From Macrostomum hystrix (Eukaryota > Animalia > Platyhelminthes): a stretch of DNA of 64,000 nucleotides. Shown piece by piece: positions 45,290 to 59,900 of the stretch (its first letter is position 1; every line of letters starts with the position of its first letter). The position numbers were made by a program, and so were the translations under genes. The DNA is taken from contig CATNEN010000003.1 of assembly GCA_950097015.1 (NCBI GenBank), positions 2,232,001 to 2,296,000 of the forward strand. Direction: 5' to 3'. Below the pieces are notes generated by a model. That model made no database searches and was not told the DNA's origin. It saw only the letters and a program-made list of their open reading frames with translations.

Positions 45290-46440
45290 ATTCTCTCTGT
45301 AATTCTGTTCTTCATTCTGTTTGTAACCCTGTCTGTCCTTGTTTGTCACTCTCTGTTATTCTGTTTGGCACTCTCTCTGTCATTCTGTTTGTCACTCTCT
45401 GTTATTCTGTTTGGCACTCTCTCTGTCATTCTGTTTGTCACTCTCTGTTATTCTGTTTGGCACTCTCTCTGTCATTCTGTTTGTCACTCTGTTATTCTGT
45501 TTGGCACTCTCTCTGTCATTTTGTTTGGTCACTCTCTGTCTTTCTGTTTGTCACTCTCTGTCCTTCTGTTTGTCACTCTCTGTACTTCTGTTTATCACTC
45601 TGTTATTCTGTTTGGCACTCTCTGTACTTCTGTTTGGCACTCTCTGTACTTCTGTTTGGCACTCTCTCTGGCATTCTGTTTGGCATTCTGTTCTTCATTC
45701 TGTTCGTCACCCTGTCTGTCATTCTATTTGTCATCCTGTTTGTCACTCTGTCTGTCATTCTATTTGTCATCCTGTTTGTCACTCTGTCTGTCATTCTATT
45801 TGTCATCCTGTTTGTTACTCTGTCTGTCATTCTATTTGTCATCCTGTTTGTCACTCTGTCTGTCATTCTATTTGTCATCCTGTTCGTCACTCTGTCTGTC
45901 ATTCTATTTTTCATCCTGTTTGTCACTCTGTCTGTCATTCTATTTGTCATCCTGTTTGTCACTCTGTCTGTCATTCTATTTGTCATCCTGTTTGTCACTC
46001 TGTCTGTCATTCTATTTGTCATCCTGTTTGTCACTCTGTCTGTCATTCTATTTGTCATCATGTTTGTTACTCTGTCTGTCATTCTATTTGTCATCCTGTT
46101 TGTCACTCTGTCTGTCATTCTATTTGTCATCCTGTTTGTTACTCTGTCTGTCATTCTATTTGTCATCCTGTTTGTCACTCTGTCTGTCATTCTATTTGTC
46201 ATCCTGTTTGTCACTCTGTCTGTCATTCTATTTGTCATCCTGTTTGTCACTCTGTCTGTCATTCTATTTGTCATCCTGTTTGTCACTCTGTCTGTCATTC
46301 TATTTGTCATCCTGTTTGTCACTCTGTCTGTCATTCTATTTGTCATCCTGTTTGTCACTCTGTCTGTCATTCTATTTGTCATCCTGTTTGTCACTCTGTC
46401 TGTCATTCTATTTGTCATCCTGTTTGTCACTCTGTCTGTC
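45290..46440. repeat. 12-bp minisatellite forming a 36-bp higher-order repeat (tcattctatttg tcatcctgtttg tcactctgtctg)
   Basis: Direct inspection. Confidence 0.97.
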
Positions 46441-48614
46441 TTCAATTTAGTTATTTTCTCTCTCGTTCTCTCTGTCTGTCTTTCCGTCTCGATTTCGCGA
46501 TCCGCACGATCTATTATTTACTTGTGCAAGTTAAATAACGCTAACCGCAATTTCATCGTCCAATTTTTCTAAGAAACGAAGCTTGTCAAGTTGTTTTTGT
46601 TTAATATTTTAGATTTTTTAAATAATGTTTTGTAGCACGGACACCATTGATTTGACTTTGGGACCAGAAAAATAAGAATAAAACTAGAGGACTTCATTTT
46701 CTATATGCATATTTTATAACTGCCCTTTTAACTGGTTCATTTTGCTTTATTTTGCTTTTAATTTGTTTTCCTTTTTTTCTCGGGTTCTTCATAAAATCTT
46801 GTAATGTTAGAGTAGGAGTTTTATTATGGCTTCAAAGTGTTAAAATCGTTTTCTTCTTAATGTTGTTGTGTTGTTTTAAATTGTTGTCCATTTTATTTAA
46901 CTGCGCTTTTGGTAATTGAACTAACAGGGGTTTTTAATATATTGGCATAAAATACAGGGTTGTGTTAGCCAATCAAATCAATAATACGAGTATTTGTTCG
47001 CTCAGCCAATCACAGCAGGTGGAAAAAATGTTTTAAGGCGACAGATAATTTGATTCTGAGGCAGTGAATAATTAGGACACTTTTTCAATTTGAATTCCCG
47101 CCACTTTTTCTCACGCGCTAGCTATTTGTCGTAACCCCACGCGGTGCTCTTTGTTCGTTGTATGCGCACTCAAGCGGAATATGCACCCACCCCAATCTTC
47201 ACCTCGATCCCCAACCACCCGTTAACACTGGTTAACCTTGTTACCCACGTTGGACCTGCTTTACGTGATTCCACTTCCTACCTCTTTCCCTGTTTCGATA
47301 TTAAAGTAAATCGAGTTCTTTAGGGATTTTCCTAATAGGAGAAAACAATTAGATACCTTTGCCTTCCCAATCCTCTCCCAAAGTTATCTCGTCGGCCTTC
47401 TTTACCCGAAGTCATCCTATTATATGATCCCTTTGAAATCCCAAATATAAAGTCGTAAAATCCCATCTAAAAATCCACCTGAAGTCCACCTAAAGTTCCC
47501 TAAATACCCCCCTGAAGTCCCAAAACTCGCCTTTATCCCCCTAATGAAACTGTACTAATTCCGGACCCCATAGAGGAAAGTAAGTGAGATTGTGAAGGAC
47601 GTTCACCAGGCAACTTCGATCCATCCTGATACGCCCCACGGACTGTGTGCCCCAGATCAGTGACCTTAGCCCTCGTGCCAGCAGCAGTAAATTCCGCTCC
47701 CATTGTTAGTAGCTATAGTGTCTAGCCGCTCGGGCATTAGCGCTACCTTAGGTATAACACGAACAGCGTGAAAAATACCTATTCTCACTCTCATAACTTA
47801 CGCTACCATTCCCCCCAAATATTCAGCTCACCAATCCCAAATCCAACAAATAGAGAGAGAGTTGAGAGGTCTGCTACAATTCATAACTTCTGTTGACTTA
47901 TCTTCGACAGCGAAAACATCGTTTATTTCGTTTTTAATAAATTCATTTGTAATTAATTTCTAGATAGTTAAAGGCGTGCGCATTTTGCCATATTTCTTTC
48001 CTTTTATAAATCTATTGACATGCCTGTTTGTTACTCAATTCAGAATATAGTTTTCTATTAGATAACCAAATAACACAAATTAATTCTACTGGTGCAGTAA
48101 TATTAAAAATAAGTTTTTTTGTCTAATCGTTTCATCTGTGCTTCCAGTCTAGCTTGCTAATTATTGATTAAGAAACGCTGTTATCCTACTTAACTTGCCC
48201 AAGTAGTATGTTAATGATGTGCGTGTCTTATTTTGTTTCTGAAATTTTTATTGCAAATTTTAACCGGGCTTCAGCTTCACTAGCTTTTAATGTCGCGTTG
48301 TGTTCATTAGCTGCCAACTTCATTTTTTTCCACTTCTCGGTTTTCCACAAAAAATACTTGTTTTGTTTGTATAGCATAGTATTTTTTGTATAAGTGTAAT
48401 GTATATTCTTTCTTTTACTAAATTCCAAGTGCAAATTATTACATTTTCATCTACATGTTGCATGTACAATGCTAAAAATAAACAGATATGAAAAAAGTTT
48501 ATCAAGACGAGTGTTATTAATTGAAACAAATATTAATTTGGCGCACAACTATAATATATAACTGATTTTCTACACGTGCGAGCAGAATGTTTTACAAATA
48601 TGTTAGTGTCTTTA

Positions 48615-49800
48615 ATCCATCTATGAGAATCGTCTCAGATCTCTCAATGAGAGTTGTCTCTGATCTATCCATGAGAATCGTCTCTGATCTCTCCATGAGA
48701 ATTGTCTCTGATCTCTCCATGAGAATCGTCTCTGATCTATCCATGAGAATCGTCTCTGATCTCTCCATGAGAATTGTCTCTGATCTATCCATGAGAATTG
48801 TCTCTGATCTATCCATGAGAATTGTCTCTGATCTCTCCATGAGAATTGTCTCTGATCTCTCCATGAGAATTGTCTCTGATCTATCCATGAGAATTGTCTC
48901 TGATCTCTCCATGAGAATCGTCTCTGATCTCTTCATGAGAATTGTCTCTGATCTCTCCATGAGAATCGTTTCTGATTTATCCGTGAGAATTGTCTCTGAT
49001 CTCTCCATGAGAATCGTCTGATCTCTCCATGAGAATTGTCTCTGATCTCTCCATGAGAATTGTCTCTGATCTCTCCATGAGAATCGTCTGATCTGTTCAT
49101 GAGAATCGTCTGATCTGTTCATGAGAATCGACTCTGATCTCTCCATGAGAATCGTCTCTGATCTCTCCATGAGAATCGACTCTAATCTCTCCATGAGAAT
49201 CGTCTCTGATCTCTCCATGAGAATTGTCTCTGATCTCTCCATGAGAATCGTCTGATCTGTTCATGAGATTCGTCTCTGATCTCTCCATGAGAATCGTCTC
49301 TGATCTCTCCATGAGAATCGTCTCTGATCTATCCATGAGAATTGTCTCTGATCTCTACATGAGAATTGTCTCTGATCTCTGCATGAGAATTGTCTCTGAT
49401 CTCTCCATGAGAATTGTCTCTGATCTCTCCATGAGAATCGTCTCTGATCTCTCCATGAGAATCGTCTCTGATCTCTCCATGAGATTCGTCTCTGATCTCT
49501 CCATGAGAATTGTCTCTGATCTCTCCATGAGAATTGTCTCTGATCTCTCCATGAGAATGGTCTCTGATCTCTCCATGAGAATTGTCTCTGATCTCTACAT
49601 GAGAATTGTCTCTGATCTATCCATGAGAATTGTCTCTGATCTCTCCATGAGAATTGTCTCTGATCTCTACATGAGAATTGTCTCTGATCTCTGCATGAGA
49701 ATTGTCTCTGATCTCTCCATGAGAATTGTCTCTGATCTCTCCATGAGAATCGACTCTGATCTCTACATGAAGATCGTGTTTGATCCATCCATGAGAATCT
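48615..49800. repeat. 24-bp minisatellite (atgagaattgtctctgatctctcc)
   Basis: Direct inspection. Confidence 0.97.
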
Positions 49801-50554
49801 TCCCTGATGCATTGCTCAAAGGACACTAATTGTTTCCCCTGTACCGCATTTGAACTCCTGACCTCTTGGAGAAGCAAGTCGCAAGCTCTAACTACTAGGC
49901 TTCATGATCCCAACGCAGACTTGAAAAAAGTCCCCACAGACATTCGCCTTCTTATTTATTTATAAATGTAAAAAAACTTTCCTTAGTAGCCTACTAACAG
50001 TAGCATTAAAACTTTTAGCAAACAGTCAATTTAGTGAGAGTACAGAGTCAAATGAAGAGGCAATTGTTAGCACAAGCTGCTACAGCCGTGCTGTTGCTCT
50101 GCAGAGCGAGTGGGGATAGAAACATGAGCCTAAAGTGACAAGACAACATCCGCTAGGCCTGACTTTTATATGCAACGATGCTTTCACTTATACTGGATCC
50201 GACTATGTGGGCCGAGAATGAATTTCTGAATTTAGTTCGGGACTGGAGAGGTTGGTAATCTTTCTAAAGCTTGCTTATCTCTACTCAACAGTAACTGGGT
50301 GGATAGCAACGATAGGACGGCAGCTATGATCATGCCGTTGGAAATCAGAGATACAGGGATAGATGAAGGAGCTCTGATAGTAATTTCTATAGTAATTTCT
50401 ATATCTACTATTTCTATTTCTAGTAGTTCTATTTCTATAGTATTTCGATTTGACACGAAGTCAAGAATTGGAAGAAATTTTTCGTGTCTGAAAAGTTAAA
50501 TTAAGTTTTAGTTCAACTAAGCTCAGCGACTCAAATCGAAAAGGAATTAAAGAA

Positions 50555-51886
50555 TGAGATAGATTAGAAACGGCAGGGTGGGATAGATAAGAAATGGCAG
50601 GGTGAGAAAGATAAGGGAATGTCAGGGTGGGATAGATAAGGAATGGCAGGGTGAGATAGATAAGGAAGTGCCAGGGTGAGATAGATAAGGGAATGTCAGG
50701 GTGGGATAGATAAGGGAGTGCCAGGGTGAGATAGATAAGGAATGGCAGGGTGAGATAGATAAGGAATGGCAGGGTGAGATAGATAAGGAATGGCAGGGTG
50801 AGATAGATAAGGAATGGCAGGGTGAGATAGATAAGGGAGTGCCAGGGTGAGATAGATAAGGAATGGCAGGGTGAGATAGATAAGCGAGTGAGTGAGATAG
50901 ATAAGGGAGTGAGTGAGATATATAAGGGAATTCAGTGTGAAATAGATCAGGAATGGCAGGGTGAGATAGATAAGGAGTGGCAGGTTGAGATAGATAAGGA
51001 GTGGCAGGGTGAGATAGATAAGGGAGTGCCAGGGTGAGATAGATAAGCGAGTGAGTGAGATAGATAAGGAGTGGCAGGGTGAGATAGATAAGCGAGTGAG
51101 TGAGATAAATAAGGGAGTGAGTGAGATAGATAAGGGAATTCAGGGTGAAATAGATAAGGAATGGCAGGGTGAGATAGATAAGGAGTGGCAGGGTGAGATA
51201 GATAAGGGAGTGCCAGGGTGAGATAGATAAGCGAGTGAGTGAGATAGATAAGGAGTGGCAGGGTGAGATAGATAAGCGAGTGAGTGAGATAAATAAGGGA
51301 GTGAGTGAGATAGATAAGGGAATTCAGGGTGAGATAGATAAGGGAATGGCAGGGTGAGATAGATAAGGGAGTGGCAGGGTGAGATAAATAAGGAGTGGCA
51401 GGGTGAGATAGATAAGGAAGTGCCAGGGTGAGATAGATAAGCGAGTGAGTGAGATAGATAAGGAGTGGCAGGGTGAGATAGATAAGGAGTGGCAGGGTGA
51501 GATAGATAAGCGAGTGAGTGAGATAAATAAGGGAGTGAGTGAGATAGATAAGGGAATTCAGTGTGAAATAGATAAGGAATGGCAGGGTGAGATAGATAAG
51601 CGAGTGAGTGAGATAGATAAGGGAGTGAGTGAGATAGATAAGGGAATTCAGGGTGAAATAGATAAGGAATGGCAGGGTGAGATAGATAAGCGAGTGAGTG
51701 AGTTTGATAAGGGAGTGAGTGAGATAGATAAGGGAATTCGGGGTGAAATAGATCAGGAATGGCAGGGTGAGATAGATAAGGAGTGCCAGAGTGAGATAGA
51801 TAAGGGAACTCAGGGTGAAATAGATAAGGAATGGCAGGGTGAGATAGATAAGGGAATGGCAGAGTGAGATAGATAAGGGAATGGCA
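50555..51886. repeat. Purine-rich 21-25-bp minisatellite (gagatagataaggaatggcagggt)
   Basis: Direct inspection. Confidence 0.97.
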
Positions 51887-52426
51887 TACTTAGACAATTA
51901 CAATATGAATAGCAAAGGGTTAAACAAATAGTTAAAACAATCACTGATAACATGTTGTTTGACTATAAAGAGGCCAGTTAAACAATGCTCTAAAAAACTG
52001 ATCAGCAAGTCCTTTGTCTAGCTGCAAATCCATTCATATTTACAAAAAGATTTTACAAAAAATGCGAGACAGTCCGCAATGTCAGTTTGATTGGCCGTGG
52101 GTTGAACAGTTTTTACCTACTGCATTTTCGTCTCTCCCCAGTCGCTAACGGCCAATGACGGATCGAATGGGGATGAGAGGCCCCCTCTGTTTGGTGGGGA
52201 AGGGGAGATTTTTTGGGATTCTGAGCTGTAAGACTTGGCTTCAAAATTCCCTGTCGGAAGCATCCGATGGCAAGACCTCTTTTCTTGTCTGGAATTTCTG
52301 CTCCCTCAGTGTACTATCATTGAATTTAGTGCTTTTACATCTGTCACTGCCGAACAGTTGGTGTCCTCTGACAATTGCCTCTACAACTGGCAGACAGGAT
52401 ATTCGCTGGTGAGTTCTTAATTCTTC

Positions 52427-52680
52427 CTGAGATTCGTCTGATCTGTTCATGAGAATCGTCTCTGATTTCTCTGATTTCATGAGAATCGTCTGATCTGTTC
52501 ATGAGAATCGTCTCTGATTTCACGAGAATCGTCTGATCTGTTCATGAGAATCGTCTCTGATCTGTAATTGAAAATCATCTCTGATCTCTCTATGAGAATC
52601 GTCTCTGATCTCTCCATGAGATTCGTCTCTGACTTATCCATGAGAACAGTCTCTGATCTATCCATGAGAATTGTCTCTGA
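52427..52680. repeat. Second patch of the 24-bp atgagaatcgtctctgatc satellite
   Basis: Same unit as 48615-49800. Confidence 0.93.
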
Positions 52681-53307
52681 ACCCAAAAGATTTCAAGAAT
52701 CGCCACTGAGAATTTTTGGAACCAGCTCAAAAGATTGAGCGTATTCAATCTCACCCAACGTGCCAGGAAAATGGCCTGTTTTTAGATTGGCGAAAACACT
52801 TTCTCCAAAAATCATGTTATTGTTGCCATGACAATTGAATTGTCACTCATGTTCACAATGGAACAGGCGTTGTCGGGTCGCACGTACTAATATTTGTCAT
52901 GCGTGACATGATGCTTATATCTCTGTTATAGCTAAAATATGTTTTTCTACCTGGCATTGTGTGAAGAGTGCATTGGACTCAAGTTGATGCCGCTAAGACA
53001 TACGCGGATGGCCCCTTGAAATTCGCCTCACCTCTGACTGAATTTGTGTTGAGCAAACAAATTGGTGTTAGTTCGGCCTAAAACAACTGCCTGCTTGTTC
53101 AAAGGTGATAGAAAAGGGAATTTTTAATAACACGCTTTAATATATTTTATCACGAATGTCTATCATGTATTCAAGGTTTTATCTACTTCTCTACTTATCT
53201 AAGGCTTTATCTAGGTTTTATCCACAAGAATACTTTGTCATCTGTTCTTCATTACTTTAACTGTTTAGTCTCACTAAAGTCGCAAATACTGTTTTTTCAC
53301 ATCGACA

Positions 53308-53855
53308 TCTCTGTCACTCTGTCACTCTCCACTGTCTGTCACTACCCACTGTCTGTCACTCTCCACTCTGTCACTCTCCACTGTCTGTCACTCTCCACTC
53401 TGTCACTCTGTCACTCTGTCACTCTCCACTGTCTGTCACTCTCCACTCTGTCACTCTTCACTCTGTCACTCTCCACTGTCTGTCCCTCTCTACTCTGTCA
53501 CTCTCTACTCTGCCACTCTTCACTCTGTCACTCTCCACTGTCTGTCACTCTCCACTCTGTCACTCTCCACTCTGTCACTCTTCACTCTGTCACTCTCTAC
53601 TCTGTCACTCTCCACTCTGTCACTCTTCACTCTGTCACTCTTCCTTTGTCACTCTCTACTCTGTCACTATTCACTCTGTCACTCTCTACTCTGTCACTCT
53701 CTACTCTGCCAGTCTTCACTCTGTCACTATTCATTCTGTCACTCTCTACTCTGCCACTCTCTACTCTGTCACTATTCATTCTGTCACTCTCTACTCTGCC
53801 ACTCTCTACTCTCTCACTCTTCACTCCGTCATTCTCCACTGTTTCCTCTGTCACT
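53308..53855. repeat. 15-bp minisatellite (ctctgtcactctcca)
   Basis: Direct inspection. Confidence 0.95.
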
Positions 53856-53911
53856 GTTCTGTTACAGTCTCTCCTAAATTCATCACAGCAGTTCGCCTAG
53901 CAGTTGTCGTG

Positions 53912-56900
53912 ATGGATCGGGTCTGGAATGACTACAGGACTCGTCAACGGTTTCAAGGGTCTCTGGATTTCGACGAGCGTCAATCGACAAAGTCGTCGAA
54001 ATCTGCCTGCAGCTCAGGCAGAGACGAAGACAGCTTCAACAATGGCACAAGCGGCACCGCTAGACAATTGTCGCAGATTATGGAGGAGCTTGGAGTCGAA
54101 CCTTCGATATCTAACGATGGTAAAGTGCATTGCAACACCTACCGAATTTTTTGAGCAGTAGAAACTTTGAGTATAGACGATTGTTCTCATTGTAACAGCA
54201 TTATCAGGTTTCTGTATCGATTTTTAGCATAATCTCTTTATTTCTTTGATAGATTTTTCCTTCAGCTTTAAGTTATGCAGGCCATTTCTTAAAAAATGTT
54301 TTTTAAGTAAAACTTGTTCTTATAAATTTCCTATATTTTTCTTGTATTATTTATCGGCATTGTGCTAAGGCCTACCATAATGTTAAAATATAGTCAAATT
54401 CTTGATTCTTTGAGCAAATTAAGATTATATTTTAAGTCTAAAATATCAAAGACTTTTTAACAAAAACTTGACCGATTTCGTGCAAAATTGGATTCGCACG
54501 AACTTGGGTTCGCACGAACTTGGGTTCGCACGAACTTGGGTTCGCACGAACTTTGGTTCGCACGAACTTTGGTTCGCACGAACTTGGGTTCGCACGAACT
54601 TGGGTTCGCACGAACAATAAAAAGTGAGTATAAAAAATCCAGATGCTGCATCGGGCGGCAGTCACATCGGCGGCCTACTTCGCCAAGAGCAGCAGCTAAG
54701 CACGAACGAGCGGCAGTACCTTCTGGCTGTTGAAATGGGCGATATGCCGTCCGTGCGCGGCTGTTTGGATTCAGCCAGGAGCCTCGGCATCGACGTCAAC
54801 TGTCGGGACTCGCTGGGCAGATCAGCCATCGACGTCGCCATCGAGTTTGAGCACATCGAACTGCTCGAGCTGTTGCTGGCTAGCGGACTGGAGCTTGGAG
54901 ACGCCCTGCTGCACGCGATACGCGAGGAGAACGTCCTGGCCGTGGAGATGCTGCTCACCGCTCAGGCTGAGCGCCAGGCTAAGCTGAAAGATGCGGTGAG
55001 CACTCTTTCGTTTAGATCCTTAAAAGTGCCCAGATGGAAAAATTAAGACTCAAAGAACTCAAAGAGCCCTAAAAAAGAATATGGAATCATTAGATCCTTC
55101 AGAATTCTTGATCCCAAATAATCCCAGATCCTCAATAATCATTCGATCCTCAAGAATCCCAGATTCTCAAGAATCCCAGATTCTCAAGAATCCCAGATTC
55201 TCAAGAATCCCAGATTCTCAAGAATCCCAGATTCTCATGAATCCCAGATCCTCAAGAATCCCAGATCCTCAAGAATCCCAGATCCTCAAGATCCCAGATC
55301 CTCAAGATCCCAGATCCTCAAGATCCCAGATCCTCAAGAATCCCAGATCCTCAAGAATCCCAGATCCTCAAGAGCCCAAATCCTCAAGATCCCAGATCCT
55401 CAAGAATCCCAGATCCTCAAGATCCCAGATCCTCAAGATCCCAGATCCTCAAGATCCCAGATCCTCAAGAATCCCAGATCCTCAAGAATCCCAGATCCTC
55501 AAGATCCCAGATCCTCAAGATCCCAGATCCTCAAGAATCCCAGATCCTCAAGATCCCAGATCCTCAAGAATCCCAGATCCTCAAGAATCCCAGATCCTCA
55601 AGAATCCCAGATCCTCAAGAGCCCAGATCCTCAAGATCCCAGATCCTCAAGAATCCCAGATCCTCAAGATCCCAGATCCTCAAGAATCCCAGATCCTCAA
55701 TAATTCTCAGATCCAAAACAATTCTTCATACTGATGTTACACTTTTGCGAACGGTTTGAAAATTAAAATTCGTCAACATGGCGATATAATTGTACGAAGA
55801 AAGTTTCAAAAACTCAGTGGTAATCCTGAGAATTATATTTTTACACAATTAGCATACCCCTGTATCTTCATTAGGGTATTTTAAACGATTTTAAATTTTA
55901 TCGTTGAATCCTTTTCCAAGCATGTATAGATTTTTAGACTTTTTTGACTCATTCGCCTGAATCCCTGCTTGCAGCCTCTAGGAGCAGCTGCCGCTAATTC
56001 CGCACCTTCGTGCGCTTACCTGCGCCTAAGGGAGCATGAATTGTCTATGGTAATTCGCATTGTCGCGAATAAAAAAACGTAAAACGTTTTTTGTTAATTT
56101 GCAAATTTACAATTAGCTCTTTGATTAAGCTTCTAGATATATTTAAAATGGTATTCTAGCATTTAGGATTTATAACAACTGTCTCTAATCTATAAAACTG
56201 CACACCGAAAGTAGAGCTGTCTTTGTCTTGACTATATATTGTACTTCTTCGTGTACAGTATTACTTTAAAGAGTCTTCTTGCTTTGCTTGCAGTTCTCGA
56301 CGAAATACTAATGAAGGACTTTAACTGGCTTTTTCGATAACTTTTCAATCTGTTGGTGTCCAATTTCTGTGCTACAGTACACAGTTCTTAGATCTTCAGA
56401 TTAAGCTGTCGTTAATCCGAGATCATCAGATTGAACATTCTCTAATCCTAGGTCCTCAGATTGAGCAGTCGATAATCCCCAGCTCCTCAGATCGAGCAGT
56501 GGATAATCCCCAGCTCCTCAGATTGAGCAGTCGATAATCCCCAGCTCCTCAGATCGAGCAGTCGATAATCCCCAGCTCCTCAGATTGAGCAGTCGATAAT
56601 CCCCAGTTCCTCAGATCGAGCAGTCGATAATCCCCAGCTCCTCAGATTGAGCTGTCGATAATCCCCATTTCCTCAGATTGAGCAGTCGATAATCCCAGCT
56701 CCTCAGATTGAGCAGTCGATAATCCTCAGATCCGTTGATTCCCACCTGCATTCAGAACTCAGTTGAGGCGCCCTACTCAAGCTCATTCGCGCCGGACATC
56801 ACCCCCATCATCCTGGCGGCCCACATCGACAACTACGAGGTGATGAAGCTGCTGCTGGATCGCGGCGACCGGGTGCCCCGACCGCACCAGCTGCGGTGTG

Positions 56901-59900
56901 CCTGCAGGTCCTGCGTAGTCGCGCAGAAGGAGGACAGCCTGCGCCACTCCAAGGCCCGCATCAACGCCTACAAAGCCCTGGCCAGCCCGTCGCTAATCTC
57001 ACTGTCCAGCAAAGATCCCATTCTGACAGCTTTCGAGTTGAGCTGGGAGATGAAGCGCTTGGGGAAGCTGGAGAACGAATTCACCAGCGAATATGAACAA
57101 TTGGCCGCCAAGTGCCAGGACTATGCCACGGCTCTGCTGGAACAGACTCGCAGCTCCGAGGAGCTGGCCATTGTGCTCAATCACGACGTTGGCGGAGCTC
57201 GCAGCCTGCCGGAGAGAGCCCTGGCCACCCTGGTGGCGGCCGAAACTGGCGAAGAACGGCTGCGATTGGCTAGACTGAAACTGGCTATCAAGTATAAGCA
57301 GAAGAAGGTTTGCCATTTGTTTGACCGTTTGTTGCTGGGCAGTTGCCAAGGCGTCTCTATAGAATATTCTAGGGATGAAACCTGACGAATAATGCTTTAT
57401 TCCGTAGATCCCAAAATATAGGGAAAAAATACTCGGATCCCATAAATCCTAAAATCCCCTAAAATCCTCAAATCCCAAAATTATTCGTTTTCCTGAAATC
57501 GTCAGATCCCAAAGTTCTTTAGATCCAAAATGTCCTAAAATCCCAAATATTATTAAATCCAAAACGTCCTTAAATCCAAAATATCCTAAAATCCCAAATA
57601 TCCTAAAATCCCAAATATCATTTGTAGAGACTTTAGTTAGTAGTCGAAAGTAACGCTCAACTGAGCGCTGCCCAGCGGGCGACACTATATATCCCAAATA
57701 TCCTTAAATCCAAAGTCCTAAAATCCAAATCCAAAAATCCCAAATATCATTAAATCCCAAATATCGTTAAATCCAAAATATCCTAAAATCCCAAATATCA
57801 TTAAATCCCAAATATCGTTGAATCCAAAATATCCTAAAATCCCAAATATCCTTAAATCCAAAGTCCTAAAATCCCAAATATCCAAAAATCCCAAATATCC
57901 TAAAATCCCAAATATCATTAAATCCCAAATATCCTTAAATCCAGTCCTAAAATCCCAAATATCCAAAAATCCCAAATATCCTAAAATCCCAAATATCATT
58001 AAATCCAAAATATCCTAAAATCCCAAATATCCTAAAATCCCAAATATCCTAAAATCCCAAATATCATTAAATCCAAAATATCCTAAAATCCCAAATATCA
58101 TTAAATCCCAAATATCCTTAAATCCAAAGCCCTAAAATCCCAAATATCCTAAAATCCCAAATATCCTAAAATCCCAAATATCCTAAAATCCCAAATATCC
58201 TAAAATCCCAAATATCCTAAAATCCCAAATATCCTAAAATCCCAAATATCCTAAAATCCCAAATATCCTAAAATCCCAAATATCCTTAAATCCAAAGTGT
58301 CCTTAAATCCCTAGTATTTCCCGATTGAGTTAAAGCATGCTGTAATCAAACTATAGAAATATTTCTGATAGTGATCAGCCTGTCATTTTTGTTGTTGTTC
58401 TTTTCAGATCATTTTAGTTTCCGTTAGAAGCAGATCTTGCCAGACAATCCCTGACAATGCAATTATAGAATCCACAGAAAATTATTTAACTATTCGCCGT
58501 TAGTTTCCTAATCCCCTTTGTCGGCTGTCAATAAAATCCCTATGCGGTCCAAGGTCAAATGTCATTTCCGTAGTCACGACCGAAAAAAGACAGCTTTTCC
58601 GCTAATCGGTTTTTAGTAAGAATCGCGCCAACTTGACGAACTGGGGGGATTATTCTCCCCTCACACACACACACCCAAAAATATTAAAGCCAGAATAGCT
58701 TATCAGTAATCCAGTTTTAGCATTATTAATCATATTTCTATAGAACATATAGTTGGTTTCTCGACCTGTTGAATTGTCGACCCAAGCGCAGCAATGTCTT
58801 TTTTGCTGCTGTTTTCTTTTAATCCGCGAGAACCAAGTTGAAAGTTTTGCATTAATTTGCATAAATTAATTCGTTAAACTATAGGAAAGCACTTGTTTTA
58901 CTGTTGCTGCTGCTGCTGCTTCCATATCTGAAAATAATCTGTCGATCCCCACTCCAGTTAACAACCAGTAAGAAAGTGCAAGGCTTAGAAAAAACACTTT
59001 TAAAATCAACTTTCCAGTAATTTTAATTTAGGAATCCGTAGAGGCGGGGGGAAGTGGGAAAACGAACTCAATTGAGCAGAGTAAATAGGAAGTTTGACGG
59101 ATCTACTAGCGCGTGTTTGACTTGCTTCAACCTGGCCGATGCACTTTTGCCGAATTTGCGCAGTGAACTCTCAGTATTTCATGTCCCAGCACTCAGATCT
59201 TAATTACCATTCTTAATTGAGTTTAACCGTTTTATCCCAAGGGGATTCAATTTCGACTGGAATTCTGGTCTCAAAAAAAGGAAACTTATGTTCTACTTCC
59301 CACGGTTCGAATTTTTCTGTTTTTTAATCTAGATCGAATATAGAAACGTGCACTTTTCCGTCAGATCCGAAATCTCTGTGTTTTTATCCCATCAGATCCC
59401 AATCTGTGTTATCCCATCTGATCCCAATATGTGTTATGCCATCTGATCACAATCTGTGTTTTTATCCCATCTGATCCCAATCCGTGTTTTTATCCCATCT
59501 GATCCCAATCTGTGTTATGACATCTAATCCCAATTTGTGTTATGCCATCTGATCCAAATCTGTGTTATGCCATCTGATCCCAATCTTTGATTTTATCCCA
59601 TCTGATCCCAATTTGTGTTATGCCATCTGATCCAAATCTGTGTTATGCCATCTGATCCCAATCTTTGATTTTATGCCATCTGATCCCAATCTGTGTTATC
59701 CCATCAGATCCCAATCTGTGTTTTTATCCCATCTGATCCCAATCCGTGTTTTTATCCCATCTGATCCCAATCTGTGTTATCCCAGCTGATCCCAATCTGT
59801 GTTTTTATCCCATCTGATCCCAATCCGTGTTTTTATCCCATCTGATCCCAATCTGTGTTATCCCATCAGATCCCAATCTGTGTTTTTATCCCATCTGATC

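Noticed and set aside
47127-47878. Possible solo LTR (TGTCGTA...TGCTACA)
   Set aside because: Flanks TATT and ATTT do not form a clean TSD; no second copy in the window.
50232-50499. Short ORFs and a possible minus-strand exon
   Set aside because: Low-complexity (ATTTCT)n content; no homology recognisable.
45233-53900. Long repetitive ORFs ([28 protein letters not shown])
   Set aside because: Translations of minisatellites.
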